Source: Candidatus Shapirobacteria bacterium
GTDB lineage: Bacteria > Patescibacteriota > Microgenomatia > UBA12405 > BS750m-G30
NCBI GenBank assembly: GCA_016783425.1
Contig: JADHWP010000001.1
Location: 7,272-71,271 of the forward strand
Direction: 5' to 3'
Length of the DNA: 64,000 bases
In this document: one piece after another, positions 58,628 to 64,000 of the stretch
Layout: each line of letters begins with the position of its first letter
How positions within the stretch are numbered: the first letter of the stretch is position 1
Program-made: the position numbers and the translations under genes
The notes under the pieces: model-generated
Databases searched by the model: none
The model's input: the letters and a program-made list of their open reading frames with translations, nothing else
Told to the model about the DNA's origin: nothing

Positions 58628-59581
58628 CTATTTTTGTTCTCTTAATTTTTCGAGCGTAGCTCGAATCTCTGGCGAGACTTGTTGATTAGCCAACACTCTT
58701 TCAATAAATTTAGGAATTTTTCTTTCGTATGCGGGCGGATTTTCTTCCCCCTCGTTCATACGAATATGCAATCCTTCCATTGCGTCCTCATAATCTGTAA
58801 GTACTTGCTGAGTGATTTGACCCAACTCTTCCTCGCTATACATTTCTCGTAATGCCCCGAGAAGTTTTCCGAAGTCAGCGTTAAATTTTTCCGGTTTTTG
58901 CTCATAGCTTTGGAGTAAATGTAAAACTTTGTAGGCGAGAATGGTATCGGGTCTTGCAACATAGTAATCTTGCCCCTCAACATTTACTTTCGCAATTCTC
59001 CTCGCCCCATATGCTTCAACGGGGTCGCACATTACCTTAATTTGATTTTCTCCTTGCTTCAAAACTTTGCGCCCTTCTTCTGGAACTTCGTCAAAAGAGG
59101 GGCCACCACCACCCTTTTTTAATCTTACAGGACTGGCTTTATAGTGGTCGGTAGGCACATAATCCAAGTCGCCAATCTGGCGTGCAAAAGAAGCTAAAAT
59201 TATTCTGGCTGATTCAGGTATTTCTCTAGTACGGGCTTCGGCTAAAGCGGGAATTTGAGTCTCGTCCATTTCAGTAAATCTTTCAGCGCGAGATAAAAGC
59301 ATAGAGGCCAAAGAGCCGGAAAGATAATAATTCATTCTTGCTTCTGTTTCTATTCCTTCGGGGAGCTCCGGTAATTCAACTGTCGTCCCCTTATCATCAA
59401 TTTCTATAACTGGCTTTCTACCAGAATCTACTTGTGGCCAGCGACCAGTTAAATATTCTGCAAATTTCGTTGCCGATTCTAAAATTTCTTTTTGTTCAGG
59501 CGTGATTTCTATTTCCGGCTTCTCCACTCTGGGGGCTTCTTGTGGAGGAGTAAATTGTGGTTGTGGTTCAAAGTTTTCCAT
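58628..59581 (-). CDS. Hypothetical protein (317 aa) with atypical codon usage
   Basis: Long ORF; Pro/Glu-rich N-terminus; codon choice (CCA, AGA) differs from surrounding genes. Confidence 0.6.
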   Translation of the reverse strand: MENFEPQPQFTPPQEAPRVEKPEIEITPEQKEILESATKFAEYLTGRWPQVDSGRKPVIEIDDKGTTVELPELPEGIETEARMNYYLSGSLASMLLSRAERFTEMDETQIPALAEARTREIPESARIILASFARQIGDLDYVPTDHYKASPVRLKKGGGGPSFDEVPEEGRKVLKQGENQIKVMCDPVEAYGARRIAKVNVEGQDYYVARPDTILAYKVLHLLQSYEQKPEKFNADFGKLLGALREMYSEEELGQITQQVLTDYEDAMEGLHIRMNEGEENPPAYERKIPKFIERVLANQQVSPEIRATLEKLREQK

Positions 59582-59652
59582 ATTTTATTCTTCTATAAAA
59601 TAATCTGAATCAATTTTTTTGTTATACGACAGTTTTTTTGAATTATCTTTTT

Positions 59653-60468
59653 TCATAATGCTTTAAGTAAGCTGGTTTGATTAAGATTTTTTTGTTTCAA
59701 ATCCTTTGGTGTTCTTGACTCTCTTGGATCAAAGGAATCCAACATATTCGTTTCTTTCTTAATTCTATTTTCAGACATTTTAATGTAATCAGGGTTTATA
59801 TCAATCCCAATCCATTTTCTATTAAGAAAGTTGGCTACAACACTGGTTGTTCCGCTTCCAATAAAAGGGTCAAGCACAAGATCGTTTTTATTACTACTTG
59901 CGAGTATTATTCTTTTCATCAACGCTTCTGGTTTTTGTGTCGGGTGTTTTACTCTTTCGGGATTAGAGTAATGAACATGAGAAAATTTCCAAACATCGCC
60001 CGGATTTGCACCCCTCATGTTATTTCGTTCTCTATAGTACTTCTGTGGAATTCTTACCTCATCTAGATTGAAGGTAAAATTGTCTGATTTTGTAAAATAC
60101 AAAATATCCTCATGCCTTGGTGAGAATCCCTTTGTTCGTCCCATTCCTTGTGTATAGTGCCAAGTTATCCAACTGTTGAAATGAAAATCGAGTTTTTGGA
60201 GTATTAAAAATAGTCGGGAAATAAACCTAACTCCCATAAAAACATAGATACTGCCCGTGTCTTTCAAAATTCTTTTACTTTCTGTCAGCCAATCCAAAGT
60301 AAATTGTTCATATTCGTGCCATTGCTTCCAGTCGATATTATTTCCGTAATCTTTACCTAAATTATAGGGAGGGTCGGTGCAAATCAAATCAACGCTTCCA
60401 TCGGGAAGTTTTTTTAATTCCTCTATTGCGCTTCCTGTAATAAAATAATTGCTATTCATGTTATTCAC
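59653..60468 (-). CDS. DNA methyltransferase (N6-adenine or N4-cytosine, beta-class; DPPY motif)
   Basis: 271 aa; motif IV TDPPY precedes motif I DPFIGSGTT. Confidence 0.85.
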   Translation of the reverse strand: MNNMNSNYFITGSAIEELKKLPDGSVDLICTDPPYNLGKDYGNNIDWKQWHEYEQFTLDWLTESKRILKDTGSIYVFMGVRFISRLFLILQKLDFHFNSWITWHYTQGMGRTKGFSPRHEDILYFTKSDNFTFNLDEVRIPQKYYRERNNMRGANPGDVWKFSHVHYSNPERVKHPTQKPEALMKRIILASSNKNDLVLDPFIGSGTTSVVANFLNRKWIGIDINPDYIKMSENRIKKETNMLDSFDPRESRTPKDLKQKNLNQTSLLKAL

Positions 60469-61234
60469 TAGATTTCAACCAATTAAATTTTTCAGCAAGC
60501 TTTATCCAAGGCTTAAGCCCCTTTGATTTTATGTATTTATTATCAATCATTTTTATAAATTGCTCTACGGTTTTTCTTTCTTCATCAACATAATGAATGT
60601 CTTTAATCTGCATTTGGCCAGTGCCTAATGCCGGATTGTAATTTAAGTCCTTAGCCGAAACATATTTGATATCATAAACATGATATGCTGTTATTTGCAT
60701 AATCCCATTCGTAATCCCGTCATCGTCTATTTTCTCACTAAATACTTTATGTTTTAGCGAGAGAACTAGAAAAATATAATCTGGATCATTTAAATATTCA
60801 TTTCTTATTCTTGCGAATGAAGTAATATTTGGGCTTTTCCCAGAAGTTAAAATATCTTCAGCTGTTGCTTTCGAATCCACATTTGCAGAAACATAGTCAT
60901 CTATACCTTTTAGTTTAAATTGCAAAATCATATCAAAGGGGTCGAGCCTTTTCCCTACCTCAACATTAACTAGGCCATATTTATTTCCCACCTTATCTGA
61001 TATTTCTTCAAATTTTTCTAAAGCCCATGCTTCAACAAATGGGCCAGCAACTTTGTTTATATTCTCCAGGGGCAACCCTCGTTTAAGATTTGTTCTAATA
61101 AAAATTTTATTGTTTCCACTGTCAATTGCTTCTTTAATTATCTCTCGAATTGCACCACATGCTCCATTAGACATTTTTGGATATAATGCTGATTCTTTTG
61201 GTAGTTTGCGTCTTTTCAAAATATTGTTTTTCAT
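60461..61234 (-). CDS. Putative type II restriction endonuclease (partner of the adjacent methyltransferase)
   Basis: 257 aa; 8-bp overlap with the MTase gene; candidate PD-(D/E)xK region (DMILQFK); no other homology. Confidence 0.5.
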   Translation of the reverse strand: MKNNILKRRKLPKESALYPKMSNGACGAIREIIKEAIDSGNNKIFIRTNLKRGLPLENINKVAGPFVEAWALEKFEEISDKVGNKYGLVNVEVGKRLDPFDMILQFKLKGIDDYVSANVDSKATAEDILTSGKSPNITSFARIRNEYLNDPDYIFLVLSLKHKVFSEKIDDDGITNGIMQITAYHVYDIKYVSAKDLNYNPALGTGQMQIKDIHYVDEERKTVEQFIKMIDNKYIKSKGLKPWIKLAEKFNWLKSSE

Positions 61235-61261
61235 AATATTTATTTCATTAAATTATCTAAC

Positions 61262-61432
61262 GTAATACCTAATCCTTTAGCAACCTTCATTACTGTTTGA
61301 ATAGTGGGTTTGGTGATGACATTTGTTTCAATTTTGGTCAGCATTGTATAAAGAAGATCAGATTTTCTCGCCAATTCATCCTGCGTTAAACCGTGCTTGT
61401 TTAACCCTTCATAAATATGCTAACAAATAAAA
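61262..61432 (-). pseudogene. XRE-family HTH (controller/C-protein-like) gene lacking a canonical start; abuts tRNA-Ser
   Basis: Reverse translation gives ...LNKHGLTQDELARKSDLLYTMLTKIETNVITKPTIQTVMKVAKGLGITLDNLMK; in-frame TAG only 4 codons upstream of the first helix. Confidence 0.45.
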
Positions 61433-61460
61433 TGAAAACAGTCCAATTAAAAATTCTAAC

Positions 61461-61547
61461 TGGCGGAGGGGGTGGGATTTGAACCCACAAGAGCTTGCGC
61501 TCGCCGGTTCTCAAAACCGGTGGAATAGCCGTTATCCGACCCCTCCA
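61461..61547 (-). tRNA. tRNA-Ser (anticodon TGA) with long variable arm
   Basis: Acceptor ggagggg/cccctcc; anticodon stem ccggt/accgg, loop tttgaga; long variable arm; CCA encoded. Confidence 0.8.
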
Positions 61548-61665
61548 CTATTCAAATTCCAAATCCTAATATCTAAATTCTAGACAAATTCTAAATCCCA
61601 ATTTTTTAAACTTATTTAGAGTTTAGCATTTTTGTAAATTGAAAATTGTAAATTGTAAATTTTCT

Positions 61666-61742
61666 TTTGGTGTCTCCGAAGGGAATCGAACCCCCAGTTC
61701 TTCCTCCGCAGGGAAGTGTTTTATCCGTTAAACTACGGAGAC
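61666..61742 (-). tRNA. tRNA-Arg (anticodon GCG)
   Basis: Acceptor gtctccg/cggagac; anticodon stem cttcc/ggaag, loop ctgcgga; GGTTCGATTCC T-arm; CCA encoded. Confidence 0.8.
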
Positions 61743-61812
61743 GAGTTTAGTTAAAAGTTAAAAGTGAAAAGTTAATAGTTAAAAAATTCACTCTGGGAAT
61801 ATTTTATCATAA

Positions 61813-61847
61813 AAATACCCCCGAGGAGCCAAAGCGCACCTCGGGGG
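61813..61847. other. GC-rich hairpin ACCCCCGAGG-loop-CCTCGGGGGTG (third member of the hairpin family)
   Basis: 10-bp perfect stem, 13-nt loop. Confidence 0.45.
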
Positions 61848-61899
61848 TGTTGAGGCCGGGATTGTTATTTACCAAGACAAAAGGGTAAAATATCTTTAA

Positions 61900-62757
61900 A
61901 TGGTTTCGGTAATTATTACTGCATATCAAGAAAAAGAGACAGTAAGCAAGGCGATTGAGAGTTTTTTGCTCCAGTTAACTCATCAGGACGAACTTTTAGT
62001 GGTCGCTCCGGATAAAGATACTCTACTGGTAGCTCAAGCTGTTTCCGCTCAAGTAAAAACAATTGCCGATCAGGGGAAGGGAAAGCCAGCGGCTTTAAAT
62101 TTAGCTTTAAGCAAAGCCCAAGGGGAGCTGGTTATTTTAACTGATGGCGATGTTTGGACCCATGAAGCGAGTTTTAAAAATTTACTTCAAAAACTAAAAA
62201 ACCCCAAAACAGGCCTGGTTTCCGGCCGGCCGGTTTCTTTAAATGACCGGGGCAATATTTTTGGCTTTTGGGCTTACATTTTAACCAAAGTAGCCCATAA
62301 AATAAGACTGGACAAGGAAAACAGGGGCGAATACCTTGATGCTTCCGGCTATTTATTGGCGGCGAGAAAGCACTTACTTCCGGCGTTACCGGAAAAAGTA
62401 TTGGCCGATGATGTTTATTTTTCCCAAAAAGTATATTCTTTGGGCTACCGGATTGGCTATGCGCCTAAAGCCGAAGTTTACGTTAAGTATCCTGCTAATT
62501 TCAGAGATTGGTTGAAACAAAAAGTCAGGTCGACCGGCGGAGCCGGGGAAAAAATGGCAGAAGAAAGTCCGGTAATGCGCTCCTTTTTTAAAGAGGCAAG
62601 CGGCTTGAGGTATTTCTTGTCTTTTCCTGAAAATCCCAAGGAATGGTTTTGGCTTCTACTTCTTCTTTTGGCTCGGGTCTATGTTTGGTTACTGATTGTG
62701 GTGAAAATAAAACTTTTCAGAAAGCGCTTTTGGCCAAGAGTAGAAAGCACCAAGTAA
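61900..62757 (+). CDS. Family 2 glycosyltransferase with C-terminal TM segment
   Basis: 285 aa; VSVIITAYQE...LTDGDV GT2 motifs. Confidence 0.8.
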   Translation: MVSVIITAYQEKETVSKAIESFLLQLTHQDELLVVAPDKDTLLVAQAVSAQVKTIADQGKGKPAALNLALSKAQGELVILTDGDVWTHEASFKNLLQKLKNPKTGLVSGRPVSLNDRGNIFGFWAYILTKVAHKIRLDKENRGEYLDASGYLLAARKHLLPALPEKVLADDVYFSQKVYSLGYRIGYAPKAEVYVKYPANFRDWLKQKVRSTGGAGEKMAEESPVMRSFFKEASGLRYFLSFPENPKEWFWLLLLLLARVYVWLLIVVKIKLFRKRFWPRVESTK

Positions 62758-62764
62758 GAGACTT

Positions 62765-62839
62765 TGGAGCTGGGGGTGGGAGTTGAACCCACGACCTAAC
62801 GCTTACAAAGCGCTTGCTCTGCCACTGAGCTACCCCAGC
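62765..62839 (-). tRNA. tRNA-Thr (anticodon TGT)
   Basis: Acceptor gctgggg/ccccagc; anticodon loop tttgtaa; GGTTCAACTCC T-arm; CCA encoded. Confidence 0.8.
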
Positions 62840-62896
62840 AAAAGAGAATATTGTAGTTGATTATATCAAAAGGGGGATCTATAAAGTCTCGCTCGA

Positions 62897-63056
62897 AAGG
62901 CGCTAAGAGAGATTTTCCTCGGTAAGGAATAAGTGGGTGGACTGTTCTTTTGCCCACGGGCAAAGGAAACTTTCGTCCTCCCGATCCGAATTTCGTGGAG
63001 GAAAAACTTCTTTCTTAGTTGTTAAGCCTTTTCAAAGCGAGACATAATCATTCTAA
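62897..63056 (+). ncRNA. Candidate about 160-nt structured RNA or leader upstream of iscS, closed by a long-range helix
   Basis: 5' gtctcgctcgaaagg pairs with 3' ccttttcaaagcgagac; internal hairpins tgccc-acg-gggca and tcctcc...ggagga. Confidence 0.3.
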
Positions 63057-63096
63057 GAGGTTTAATCTAGTCTTGTCAAGTGGTAAAATGGGCTTG

Positions 63097-64000
63097 TGAC
63101 AAAAAGAAGAGTGTATTTGGATTATGCGGCGACCACTCCGGTTTATCCGGAGGTAGTTCAGGCCATGGCCCCTTATTGGAATAAAAAATTTGGCAACCCC
63201 TCTTCTGTGCATTCCTGGGGCCAGGAAGCGAGAATGGCGATTGATAAATCTAGAGCCAGGGCAGCCGAACTTTTAGGAGTTGAGCCGATGGAAATCATTT
63301 TTACCGGGACCACCACCAGCTCTACTAATTTAGCTATTCAGGGAGTGGCTAAAGTTTTAAAAAACCAGGGAAATCATTTAATTACCAGCGCTATTGAACA
63401 TCATGGAGTTTTGGACGTGGTTAGGGGTTTGGAAAAACAAGGGTTTATTAATACTATCCTGGGAGTAGATAAGTATGGGCTGGTTGACTTGAAAGCTTTG
63501 GAGAGCGCAATTACTAAAAAAACTACCCTGGCAACGATTATGTATGCCAATAATGAAGTAGGTGCGGTTCAGCCAATCAAAAAAATTGCCAGGATAATTA
63601 AAAGTAAAGAAAAAGAGCTAAAAACCAAAATTTGTTTTCATGTGGACGCGGCCACAACGGTGGGCTGGCTGGATATTAAGGTTAATCGTTTAGGGGCGGA
63701 TTTACTTACCCTTGGGAGCCATAAATTTGGGGGACCCAAAGGAGTGGGAATCTTATATCTTAAAAAAGGAACGCCCTTGGCCCCCATTTTTTTTGGCGGC
63801 CACCATGAAAAAGGAATTTGGCCAGGAACGGAAGCCACTCCGTTAATCGTGGGGATGGTTAAAGCTTTGGAAATTTCTTTAAAAAACGAAAAAAAAGTTA
63901 AGTCCCGAGTAAAATCCCTGCGGGATCGTTTAATTAAAGGAGTGTTGCAAATTCCCAATACCCAGCTTACCGGGCATCCTCAAAAAAGACTGGCGGATAT
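63097..64000 (+). CDS. iscS: Cysteine desulfurase (IscS/NifS family), 5' partial, runs off the window end
   Basis: GTG start; VYLDYAATTP...GSHKFGGPKGVGILY with PLP-lysine SHK motif; continues beyond position 64000. Confidence 0.9.

Noticed and set aside
63638-63958. ORF 63638-63958(-), 106 aa
   Set aside because: It is antisense inside the well-supported iscS coding region.

Overview
The window reads as a low-GC, gene-dense bacterial chromosome segment of the reduced-genome (CPR/Patescibacteria-like) kind; that placement is inference from Lys/Glu-rich N-terminal extensions on ribosomal proteins and NusG, the many small toxin-antitoxin modules, and the abundance of hypothetical proteins. Housekeeping content includes the ATP synthase gamma/beta/epsilon genes, mreB, prs, pth, secE-nusG-rplK-rplA with rplJ-rplL displaced to the opposite strand, rpmG, an argS fusion, two tandem class III RNR genes with nrdH and nrdG, partial iscS, nine tRNAs, and a csoR-copA copper operon. 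Accessory content is heavy. It includes a REP-associated tyrosine transposase (RAYT) flanked by a 21-bp perfect palindrome family (TGTCAACCTTTAAGGTTGACA) that recurs six times, in simple and composite forms, once in frame inside a CDS. It also includes five toxin-antitoxin modules (AbiE, a second AbiEii-like pair, RelE/Phd, VapBC, HEPN/MNT), a type II R-M system on a tRNA-bounded island, and three GT2 glycosyltransferases. The most intriguing locus is 35.2-42.5 kb. Three hypothetical-protein genes there share a near-identical ~65-bp upstream element with 11-bp-phased TGTCA-like direct repeats overlapping the promoter. They sit next to an unusual ATPase-like/OmpR-type winged-helix/GNAT fusion regulator, a paralogous winged-helix protein lies at 8.7-9.7 kb, and REP copies and a HEPN/MNT pair are interleaved. 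Other notable items follow. A 23-bp segment with a 16-bp perfect palindrome is inserted in frame in both rplL and nrdH. argS carries an N-terminal B3/B4 domain. The second nrdD paralog has an ATP-cone and an NGNGNGNG repeat. A repeat-flanked four-helix-bundle gene is inserted in the nrd operon. Several ORF-free, hairpin-dense GC-rich regions are candidate ncRNAs. The two GT2 genes are bracketed by a 39-bp inverted-repeat pair. No CRISPR array was found. All calls come from reading the sequence and the ORF translations; no database search was run.
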